Shown: positions 1 through 10,500 of the stretch, piece after piece
How the letters are laid out: every line of letters starts with the position of its first letter
How positions within the stretch are numbered: the first letter of the stretch is position 1
Source of the DNA: Schizochytrium sp. TIO01
Lineage: Eukaryota; Protista; Bigyra: Labyrinthulomycetes
Length of the DNA stretch: 64,000 bases
Assembly (NCBI GenBank): GCA_004764695.1
Contig: SMSO01000032.1
Coordinates: 2,976,001-3,040,000, forward strand
Direction: 5' to 3'
The notes under the pieces: model-generated
What the model saw: only the letters and a program-made list of their open reading frames with translations
Databases searched by the model: none
Told to the model about the DNA's origin: nothing
Program-made: the position numbers and the translations under genes

Positions 1-633
1 CTCTGCTGCAGGTAAGTAGGTAGGTATAGGTAGGTACGTACCTACCTTGTAAAGCGTTCTTCTTTGATTTATGTAGCATATTTTTGTATTTTACCTCTTA
101 AAGAACTTGCGTTTCCCCCCCGCCGTCTCATTATAACGAAGGTATCTTGAAATGTATCCTCTTTTGTTTTCTTTGGCACTGGTGTGTGTGTTTGGGTTTT
201 AATTAAAATTTTAATAATAACAAAATAATAATGTATGACAAGTTGAAAACCAACAAAAAGAAGACGAAGAAGAACCACAACGCATTTCGCCTTCAAACCT
301 GCTCTTGCTACGAGCAGGTAAGTAGGTACTACCCAAATGGCGAGGAACGTCATCTTCGAGCAGTCAGAAATAATGAGCGAGAGTCTTTCAGCTTGGTTGA
401 AAACTCAGGCCAAAACAATTACTTTGTTACGAAGATCCTCCTGATAAACCTCCAAAACTTTTGTCTCTCAGAAATCAGGCAAAAAGCGGTGTGAGGATCA
501 TCATTACGCTCAACAGGATTCTGTATTTGCAATCATTCATTCATTCACTCACTCATTCATCCATTCATGGTGCTTCAAAGAACATACGAGGTACCTACCT
601 ACTTTGCGTGACATACATGTAAACACACAGCAG

Positions 634-672
634 TACATACACATACATACATACATACATACATACATACAT
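634..672. repeat. (TACA)n microsatellite
   Basis: Near-perfect tacatacatac run read directly; flanked by (CATT)n runs at ~533-567 and ~730-748. Confidence 0.9.
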
Positions 673-1421
673 GCAGATTAAGTACATACTCTCATTCGCA
701 ATAGACTTGAACTATTCATTTTATAAAGCTCATTCATTCATTCATTCACCCGTCTGAACAAAGACTCTTGAGATTTCTTCCACCCTCTCCCATCAGCATG
801 CATAATTCATGGTGTTTAGGCTTGTTGTAATGGCGATCGAGGGGAGCATGCAATGCTCGCGCATTTGATAGATGGATTGTAAGAAGCTTCAAGAACCGTC
901 GAAGAGGAGCGCAGCCTAACTTGAGAACCGTAGCTGACTTACATTCCATCTCTTTTTCTAATTTATTAATTTGTTTTTAAGTTTATTATATATATATAAT
1001 ATTACAAGAAGGCAAACTTCTGCTTTCTTTTTACCATTCGTGTTTTTTCTTCCTGCAAATCATAAAACAAATTGTGTTGCTCAGTTTTTCACAGACGCGG
1101 TCTTTCTCTTCTCCGCCTCCCGTTCCTTCCTCGACGAGGTTCTGCGCAGTGCGATGAGTGCTTGCATTGGCTTCGCCTTCGCCTTCGCCTGTTGGTGTCC
1201 CCTGCATTTGCAACAGCAGTCAGTGGATATCGAAATCCACCCAAGATCTTGCGGCAGCGGAGAGAAGTAGCACCAGCAGCAAACACCGACTCCCTCCTCA
1301 CAAGGTAGCAAGCAGTAGAATACAGGTTCCTCCTTCTTTTCTCTCGTCTTTTATAGTGAAAATTGGCGCTCTGGTAGAAAATTCTACTAATCAACTGTTT
1401 ATTATCATCTATTTTCATCAG

Positions 1422-1621
1422 CAAACAAGCAAACAAACAAACAAACAAACAAACAAACAAACAAACAAACAAACAAACAAACAAACAAACAAACAAACAA
1501 ACAAACAAACAAACAAACAAACAAACAAACAAACAAACAAACAAACAAACAAACAAACAAACAAACAAACAAACAAACAAACAAACAAACAAACAAACAA
1601 ACAAACAAACAAACAAACAAA
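1422..1621. repeat. (CAAA)n microsatellite, ~200 bp
   Basis: About 50 near-perfect CAAA units; explains the CLFV and KQTN pseudo-ORFs. Confidence 0.98.
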
Positions 1622-3042
1622 AGTCACTCCTATTCATTTCGTTCCTTCCCTGTTGCTAATTTCCCATTCATTGACCTTACTCCGCCCATGGTGCCTCACA
1701 TCTGTAGGCCACACCTCGTAGCCAACAAGCTAGCAACCCGAAGGCAGGCAGGCAGGCAGGTCTCCCGTTCTCTCTCCTGCAGAGAACAGTGCGCGGGAGA
1801 AGAACAAGAACAAGAACAAGAACAAGAACAGCCTCGAAGCAAGCTGCCGCGAGCGAGGCCTCATGCACGCATGGCCAACTAAACAACGGAGTCAACGCCG
1901 TGCAGTACCTCCTGCCTGTCCATCGTGCCTGCCGAGCGGTGCCGCGGAGGTATCTTCGCGACGGTGGAGGCGGTCCCGAAGGCCGAGACGATCGAAAGAA
2001 GCAGCCCTCGGCGTCTTCTGTGGAGCCCGCATTGCCTGCGAAACTTAGTGTGGTCGAGCGCGAATCTACGAAGGGTGTGCTAGCTGCGGCTAGCCGGGTG
2101 CTAGCGCTTGCGTGCGCTATGTACTACTAGTCTAGTTGTCTATTTCATTTATTATTTTATATATTTTATTTATTTATTTATGTATTTATTTATTTATTTA
2201 TTATTAATTTTTATATTATTTATTGTGAATGCGAGACGAACTGAGTGAGGCAATGAATGAATGAATCAATCAATCAACCCATCGATGAATCGATCGATGC
2301 AGCGCGAGCGATGCGGTGGTCATCAGAGGGGATTGAGAGTGCAGTGGAGGCAGAGATGCATGCGACAGGTTATGCGCTGATGAAGCAGACATCGTGTGCT
2401 TTGTTTGGCAGGCAAGTATCGCTTATCGATGGTTCGTGTGTGACGGATACGAACAGAACAACCTCGGCTTTAGAAAAAGAAAGAAAGAAAGAATAATGCG
2501 ATCACTTTTTTTCTTCCTTTTTAAAATCAAATCAATAAATATGTAAGTTGTTAAATTGTTTCCTTTTTCGGGGGAAAGGGGTCTTTCTTCCTTTTTTCTT
2601 TCTTCTATTTTTTAAAGCAAAAAAAAGTGAACAGAACAACAATAACAAAACCACTTTCATTCTTTCTTTTTCATTAAAGAATGGTACTCATCTGAAAAGC
2701 TTTTCTTGTTACTCACTCTCTTGTGATATTTCATTTCATTTTGGCATTTTTAATGTTTTTGTTTTTCAATGCTCTGTTCCTGTTTTGTTCTTTCGACAAC
2801 CCTCCATACCTACCTATTATGGGATAGATAAAGGCACAAACAAACAAACTCATGAAAGAGAGAGAGAGAGAGAGAGAGAGACCAAAATCACTGCTGCAGA
2901 AAGTGTTGAAGAGACTCTCTCTCTCTTTTCCTCTCCTCGTTTGAAAAGTAAAGAAATGGCACAGCAGCATATCGCAGGTCACTTGTTTGCTTTCATCTTC
3001 ACAACAAGAAGCTTAGTTTTAGTCTGGTGCTTTTTGCTCTGC

Positions 3043-3190
3043 TTTGCTTTTGCTATTTGCTATTTGCTATTTGCTACTTGCTATTTGCTATTTGCTATTT
3101 GCTATTTGCTATTTGCTTTGCTTTTTGCTTTTTGCTTTTTATTTGCTTTTTGCTTTTTGCTTTTTATTTGCTTTTGTTTGTTGTTTGTTT
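3043..3190. repeat. (TTTGCTA)n / (TTTTGC)n degenerate satellite
   Basis: Heptamer tttgcta repeats grading into ttttgc and tttg. Confidence 0.9.
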
Positions 3191-3772
3191 TGGCTTTGGT
3201 TAATAAAACAAAAGAGAGAAACCAAAAAGAGGAAAAGAGGAGAGGCCTCGAAAGGCAAAGCAGAGTCGCTTCTCCCTGTCGCCGCCGCTCCTGCCCGCGA
3301 GCGAGTCGCGAGGCAGAGAGCAGCGGTTGAGACCACTTCCGGCGCCCCGCCCGCCCCGTGCGGTCGGCGGGCGCCCCACGGGTGGTAGCCCGGCGCCGCC
3401 AGCAGCGGCGCTGCCTGCAGCGTAGAAGCAGCGGCAGCGAGAACGAGGAGGAGACCCGGAGCGAGGGCTCTGGGTCTTTCTCGCCTTGTCTCGTTGTCTC
3501 TCTTCTCACCTCTCACTCACTCTTGTTGAGCGAGCGATTGTCGAGCGATTGATTGAGGCTCGAACGATCAATCGACAGCCTGCGACGAGGCGAACGATAC
3601 ACTGCATTGATCGGGAATTATTAATTTGGCTGCGCACTTCTCCCCACGGCTGTCATTGTCTCGCTCGCTCAGGGCCTTGGACGACTGTGAGATTGAGATT
3701 ACCAAGGCTAAAATTGAGAGTGGGAGCAGAGGCCAGCCTTTGCTTGCCGTGACGATTGCAGCCATACGCAAC

Positions 3773-6475
3773 ATGCCGCGCTCTGTGGAGGAGAGCAAGA
3801 ACCTCCGCGCGGCGGCAGCGGTCCTAGGCCAGCTCAACAGAGGCTCCGAGGACGAGGCCGAGGCGGAGGAGCCTACGAACCTTAACAACAACAACAACAG
3901 CAACAGCAAGAACACGAAGGACCTCGGGGACCACAGCGCACAACAACAGGAGTCAGGTGACGAGAGAGGCGAAAAGAGAGCAGCTGATGCCGATGCCGAT
4001 GCCGATGCAGGAAGCAAGAACGGGGCTTCGTCGCAGCAGAATACGACGTCGACACCAGTAGCAGCAGCGACGTCGACCGGTCCGGCATCGAAGAAACAAC
4101 GCATCATGAGTGGAGGAGCGTCGTCGGCGACGTCATCCTCCTCAGATAAGAGTAAATCATCACCTCCCGCAAATAGCCCCGGGGCAAGTGTGGCAGGAAA
4201 TGATGAAAGTAATGACATGGACGTCGAGCAGGCAAACCATGGTGCTGGCGAGGACCAGCAGCAAGAGGAGCTCGACGGAAATGAGGACGCCTCGAGCGCT
4301 CCAGTTGTGGCTGCAGCAGCGGCGGTCCCAGGACCTGGAACCGCCGCTGCTGCAGCAAGTAACATGACAAGTACAGTTCACGGAAGAGAGGAGGGAGGGA
4401 AATTCACCTCGGATGAGGTATCAGAGCCAAGGACATCCTCGGCTACAGCAACGCACTCTTTCGGCGCTTCTGACGAGGTGGGGAACCCCGGTGACCAACA
4501 AGAACAGCAGAATCACCAGCAAGAACACCCCCTTCAACAAGGATCTCGGCATCTGGCCTTCAGCTCCTCGATCATCGGCAACAGCAACAGTAGCAGCAGC
4601 AGCAGCAACGGCGGCAGTAGCAACAACTCCGCTGTGGATGAGATCGAGACACTGCTGACAGCCCGGCCGGGACAAAACCTCGTTGTGAAAGTTAAAAGAA
4701 ATCCCCCCGAATCCCTTGGTCTCAGCGAACATATTGAACTGTACAATGCCATCAGCGAAGAACTGTGGACCAACATTCGGCAAGAACGCGATTGGAATCA
4801 ACTATATGAAAAACTCAAGCGTAAGTTCACCTGGATGACCAAAGCATTCGCCTCAGTGAGCCTTTTCAAGCAGCGCTGCAAGCTCCTCATGGAGGAGCGC
4901 CGCAAGCGCCAGCACGTGGCTACATGGAAGAACATGAAAGCCGCCGCCACTGGGCCCGCTATTACCGTCATCCTCGAAAAGCGCCTCAAGACGCAAAATA
5001 TCCCCGAAGTCTCCAACGACTACAGCATGCTTGGCGACTACTTTGCCCAGCGCATCCAGCGCTCTGACCGCTCCCCCGGATCCATCCTTGACTGGCCCAA
5101 TGGGCCGCGCACTGCCATAGTTTCCAAACTCATGGCACTGCACAAGTACCATGGATACGGAAGCTTCTACCAAGTCCACGAGCACGTCGATCAGCTCGTG
5201 CAGGCCTGCGAGGTCGAGCTCGCCATCCTCAGTACTTGCGACTGCGAAGGATGCTCTGAGTGGAAGCTCGCTGAGTATCGTGGCACTACCCAAGCCTACG
5301 ACCTGCGCCTTCGCTGGACGCGCAAGCGCGCACAGCTCATGCACGACGTTCTTACCCTGCACCAGGAGCACAGCGACTTTGATATGAAGGAGTTTGCTGC
5401 CCTCGTGAGAGAGAAAATGCCGCTTTTTAAGAACTGGCGCGAAAAGGACATTGCATCTTTCCTTCACGGATCTCACTCCTCGCGGTCCTGTATCGCATGC
5501 TCGCCAGGATCCAAGCCCAAGCGCCCCTACCGCAACCGCAAGATTGTCGCTCTTCAGGCCGCGGAGGAGCATCACGCCGTGGCAGAGACTAACTACCGCG
5601 TCGCGGAGCGCTCCAATTCCCCGTCTGCCATCAAAGAGGCTCGCCAGAAGCTCCAGATTGCTAAGGAGCTTGCCGAGGACGCTATGAAGGCTGTGACGCC
5701 CGTGCTTGAGCGTTCGGTTGCCGACGGATCTGACCCTGCCACGGCGCTAGCTGCTGCAGCTGCGGCAGCTGCTGTGAACTCAGGCTTTTCGTCTCTCCTA
5801 GTTAGCAAGCTTGCAGCATCCCCGCGGTTCTCATTCATGAACGCCTTGTCGCCAAGCATGCTACTGGGATCGCCTTCAGCAGCTATGGCCGCAGCCAAGC
5901 TCGCCGCAGCGGATCACCAGCAGCAAATTATGGCGCAGGTCTCTGCGGCCAGGTCTGATGATGTCAATGCCAACGCTCCTGAGTCATCCGGTGCCGAGGG
6001 CGGTGGCGAGATTGATCAGGCAGCCTCTTCGCACCAGCTCGCGAAGACAAATGTTAGCAAGGACCTTGGCCAGCCTCATGAGCAAGTCCAGGACGAGGAG
6101 AACGTCAGCAAATCGATCAACAACAACGACGGTGACGTCGATGTAGACCGTGCGGGAGACCAGCAAGTAGAGGATGCCTCGCCTGCTGCAATTTCACCCA
6201 CGGACCAGCACGCCGCACACCAGCAAGAGAGTGATCTCGGCGATGAACCGTCCATGCCGCCCGCAGAAGAAGTCACTAATCAGCACCAGCAGCAAGGAGA
6301 AGAATCTAAAGAAGACCAGCAGGAGCACGAGCAGAGTGAAGAGGGTACCGCAGACTCCATTACAGCAATTCCCGCCGGGACAGATCATCACAATGATGAC
6401 AACGACGCTGAAATGAAGGACGTTGAAGCCGTTGATGATGATGCCTTGGCAGCCTCGTCCCCGTCGAAAAAGTAA
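3773..6475 (+). CDS. Hypothetical nuclear protein, probable Myb/SANT-like transcription regulator with Cys/His clusters and disordered termini (~900 aa)
   Basis: Intronless GC-rich ORF; first ATG at 3773 (the track start is TTG). Folded core includes RLRWTRKRAQLMHDVL...KDIASFLH, CDCEGC, CIAC and basic KPKRPYRNRK; termini are low-complexity A/S/Q/E. The CDS is well supported; the function is inferred. Confidence 0.8.
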   Translation: MPRSVEESKNLRAAAAVLGQLNRGSEDEAEAEEPTNLNNNNNSNSKNTKDLGDHSAQQQESGDERGEKRAADADADADAGSKNGASSQQNTTSTPVAAATSTGPASKKQRIMSGGASSATSSSSDKSKSSPPANSPGASVAGNDESNDMDVEQANHGAGEDQQQEELDGNEDASSAPVVAAAAAVPGPGTAAAAASNMTSTVHGREEGGKFTSDEVSEPRTSSATATHSFGASDEVGNPGDQQEQQNHQQEHPLQQGSRHLAFSSSIIGNSNSSSSSSNGGSSNNSAVDEIETLLTARPGQNLVVKVKRNPPESLGLSEHIELYNAISEELWTNIRQERDWNQLYEKLKRKFTWMTKAFASVSLFKQRCKLLMEERRKRQHVATWKNMKAAATGPAITVILEKRLKTQNIPEVSNDYSMLGDYFAQRIQRSDRSPGSILDWPNGPRTAIVSKLMALHKYHGYGSFYQVHEHVDQLVQACEVELAILSTCDCEGCSEWKLAEYRGTTQAYDLRLRWTRKRAQLMHDVLTLHQEHSDFDMKEFAALVREKMPLFKNWREKDIASFLHGSHSSRSCIACSPGSKPKRPYRNRKIVALQAAEEHHAVAETNYRVAERSNSPSAIKEARQKLQIAKELAEDAMKAVTPVLERSVADGSDPATALAAAAAAAAVNSGFSSLLVSKLAASPRFSFMNALSPSMLLGSPSAAMAAAKLAAADHQQQIMAQVSAARSDDVNANAPESSGAEGGGEIDQAASSHQLAKTNVSKDLGQPHEQVQDEENVSKSINNNDGDVDVDRAGDQQVEDASPAAISPTDQHAAHQQESDLGDEPSMPPAEEVTNQHQQQGEESKEDQQEHEQSEEGTADSITAIPAGTDHHNDDNDAEMKDVEAVDDDALAASSPSKK

Positions 6476-7014
6476 GTGATTAAGGAAAGGCTGAGAAGAA
6501 GCAAGTGTATCGTTCGCGCTTCTTTTTTGCTAGTAGTATCACCACAAGAAGTTGTTGACGCGCTACATTGGGTGCTTCTCCCATGCTCCCCTTTTGTGCT
6601 TTCTCATGCGCATGAGAAAGTACTGGTACTCACTCTCGCCCCTTCTTCAACACATACTGCCCGTTCTTTATCATCTACTTCCATACATCAACTCACCTTA
6701 TTCCCAAAACCAGATCCGTCCGCTTGAGTTATAATAGCCCACGTGCTGGATATGAACTCTATGCGATCAGCTCTGGTGAACGACACTGCTGAGTTCTTCC
6801 TCCTCCATAAGCACCTCTTCGTTCACCTTGATTAGCATCCTTCTTTGCTGCTGCCCTCTGCTCCAATTCTTATTTCATCTAATCGTTCTGCGTATCACTT
6901 AGATACATACCGCGCAGCACCTACGCAAGTTTATGGCTGGCCTGCCCGCTGTGTTCTTGACCATCAACTATAATTCCTGTTTTGTTGGCGGTGGCGTGTC
7001 TAACGTTTGACAGC

Positions 7015-7046
7015 AGCAGGAACAACAACAACAACAACAACAACAA
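7015..7046. repeat. (CAA)n microsatellite
   Basis: caacaacaa run read directly. Confidence 0.85.
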
Positions 7047-7501
7047 CGATAGATAACCTTCAATCTGGCGCATGAATTCAATAATATTGTTTTCATGTTT
7101 CTAGCTATCGACAGCTTTCGAGGAGCGCCCGCCTTGCGAGATCCCTTCCTGCCTTTTCTTTGAGAGATAATTCTCACTTACCTATTCATTCATTCCAGTT
7201 TTTCAGTTTCCAGTTATTCCATCATGCAATCGTTCAACAATTATTAAGTAATCATCATCTTCGCTATTGCACAAATTTACTTTTTCCTGCCAACGTACGG
7301 GTCCTGATTCGCGCTGCTACCCACCGAGATGGACCATTCGCATACAAATTAACACATACAATATGCTAGCATATATATTCCAAGGGGGGAAAGCCCCAAT
7401 TCTATCATCAAATTTACATACAAGCCCTGATACCCTTACTCTTAAAAGTGACGATTCGACTTCCTTCTTTAAATTCCCTTCATCTAATTTAAATCTTGAT
7501 T

Positions 7502-10500
7502 TTAATATTGGTCAAATACGCTGCTGTTATCGTCTTCTCTTCTTGGACAAACGTACTTGAGCACTAGACGCTTTGCGTGAACCTTGACCTTGTCATGTCG
7601 CTCTGCGACCCGTTGAGTCTGGTGGAACCCTGACTCCGCGGAATTGACTTGATCTCTAGCAAACCGTAAAGCACTTTCACAAGCACTCCATGCTTCCTGT
7701 GCATCTCTGGCTACTCGAGTATCAAGGTCGCCGCGGTCTATGAGGTGTAGAACGATTACGCTCGTCTCGGATAGATGTAGTATATTGTTTACCTTTTTCT
7801 CGGCGCATTCCAATGCTGCTTGGGCGGCTTCAAGGCCTCGACGCCATGCTGGATGCAAAGGTGAGAGAACTTTGGAGCCCTGTGTCTGTGACATACGAAG
7901 AGAAACTTCGGCACGTAAAGCGCGCCAACGGGCAAACTCTAATTCGTATCTGGCTTGAAGATCTAAAACACCCTGACCCCTTGCACCTCCAAGAATATGC
8001 CCAATACTATCCCTTGTTTTCGCAGCGGCTTCTGCATGAAATGAGTGAGACATTTTGGCCCTGACATTTTCCCATTGGAGATCTGGTTTTCGGGACGAAC
8101 AATTCCTGAGATAGCAGTCCTTCTCAAAATTATCATTGTCTACTTCTTTCGTTTCTTCTAACCCGGCGCATGACTTTTTAGCGCTGAATAGCAGCTCGTG
8201 CAAGTGCTGGTACTCTGCCATGGCTTGTGTAACCTGCTCTTGCGCTAGGTCCGGATTTTCATGGAGCACAGAATCTTCGAATACATTGACACAATAAGCA
8301 AGATGCGCGATTTGAGCACGTGTACTCGAAGAAAGATTGTCGCACAGCCCTTGGGCATCTAGTTCTAGGAGTGTTGCTAGTAATCGACGCGCAGGCTCCA
8401 ATTTTGGGATAGAATCCTTTCGTACTGCAGACACTTTTGCCCTTTGCAAACTTCGGTGCTTCAATGTTGCCTCCGATTTTGCAACTTCTCTGAGCTCGCG
8501 CTCTTGGTCAAGTCGACCAGCTTCAATTACAAAGGCTTGTTGTGTACTAACCACTTGCTCAACCTGCTGCAGAGCATACATTGCCCGACCGTGAGCTTCT
8601 TCTATGACCTGCATAGGGTCCGCTTTGACAAACAACAACACTCGGATTGGCTCCTGACTGTCCCGGGAACTGCTTTCTGCTGCTCGATATTCATCATCCA
8701 GATCTCGTGCTTCAAACTCGCTCGCAGTCAGGTACTCAACTCCTTCATTGTAGTCTAATATTGTGCATGCCGCATCCCGTAACTGGTGCTCCAAAGGCAT
8801 GTGAAGATTATCTTTCCGTAGCATCTTGCTCAAATGCTTCACACGTTCTAAGCGTAGACGCATACTCTCCACACAATCTTTATGTTCTGCGAGCTTCTCT
8901 ACCTCCTTGCTTCTCGCTTGAATCAAAGCCGTGAGTGTTGCCTCAGCGCTTGCGCAACACGTGGCTGCTCGCTGAGCCGCAGAGTGAATTGAGCAGCTAA
9001 TTGATTCCTCTTGATCGTCCTTGTCATTATGTTGTTGTAAATTATGCAGGGCGCCTACTTTACTAGTTAGACGGTCAAGAGAAGTCTGTGTCTGTGTAAG
9101 CTCATTACAAAATTGGTTTGCCAGCTTGCACACCTGCGCGCTACACCAGCTAGCTTTGCAAAGCCCACGTACTGATCTTGTTTCGAAAACTGGATTGCGC
9201 ATCATCTGAGCTTGCAGACGTCCGATCTCCCTACTAACATGCTCAGCAGTACTCTGAGCCTGCAATACCTCCTTTCGTAAGGCTGAGATTTTATTAAACT
9301 CGTCATCTGCAAGCATAACAAAAGCTTCAATCAAATCAATCGCGGTTTCCGTCATATAAGGTATGGAACTAAGATCGCTGTCTGTCAAGAGACCTTGATG
9401 CTCATCCAAGAGACTGTTTGCTTCTTCTACTTGAAGCTCTACACTTTGCAACGCATCATGCAATTTAAATCTATTCTCTAGTTGATGTCTCGCGATAAAA
9501 TTTCGGGTTTGTTTCAGACGGTCAAGCGCAGGTAAGAGCATTTCGCGTGATGAATTCTGAGCTGACCGAACTTCATCTAATCTAGATCTGATTCTATGAA
9601 CTTCTTTCTCGAATTTCTTAGTTGCCCGCTCAATCAGTTTTGTTACTTCTGCAATTTCTTCGTTTGCTGCTTCAAGGGTCGCTTTAGTTGTGCTTGTCGT
9701 GGAGTTCCGGCAAGTAAACTTAGCAGCTCGGGCACGTAGGTCCTTCATGTGCTCCGAGTACTTGCGCACCCTCACATTGTCCATAAGGAGGTCAAAATCA
9801 AAAGGACGCAATGCTTCCATCTCTCTCACCTGAGCATCACGCTCAGAAATTACAGATTCCTTACACTGATCTCGTAATTCTTCAGTAAGTTTATTCAGTA
9901 CCACAATGACCTTTTTGCTCTCGATAATGTCTTCCTCTAGGCCTTCCACTGCAGCTTTGGCGTGCACAAGGGCAATATCGATATCCTCAACGTCTTGCAA
10001 TGTACCATCCTCCGGAAATAAGAATAGGTTATCCTGCAGGTCATTGTCTTCATCACTGCTGCAATCATCGTCGGTATACTCATTCACATTGGAGTTGACA
10101 ACCTTACGACGATGCATATGTGAAAAGTTCCCTTTTGACATCATAAAACTCGAAGATGTTGTTCCTTGCCAAGGAAGCTCTTGAAACATCGAAGGCTTAC
10201 CCATGACCTCGGTTAGATGACTGAAAGTTTCGCGAGCTGTAGAGATACTATCATGGATATCTTCCAGGCGGTGAAGGTCTTTTGTACCATGAAAATCTAA
10301 CAAGGTGCGCTTCAACAAAGTTTTGATGAGATCTGCTTCCTGGTAGATCCGTTTATAGTTTGCTTCAATATCACGTTTTTTGTTCAGTGCATCTCTCAAT
10401 GCCCTTTTCAGTTCGTCAAGCCTCGTACGAAACATAGTACAATCGTTTTCTGCTGCATCTACAGCTAGCTTATCGATGTGATCTACTGCACTCTCAAGCG

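Noticed and set aside
486-507. gcggtgtgaggatcatcatta resembles the 18S rRNA 3' end (GCGGAAGGATCATTA)
   Set aside because: The conserved upstream GTAACAAGGT...GTAGGTGAACCT and any 5.8S sequence are absent; chance similarity.
1089-1721. ORFs of 69-187 aa with CLFV or KQTN repeats
   Set aside because: Translations of the (CAAA)n microsatellite.
2548-3516. 260-aa hydrophobic ORF and overlapping ORFs
   Set aside because: Open only because of T-rich and (TTTGCTA)n repeats; non-ATG start and no protein-like composition.
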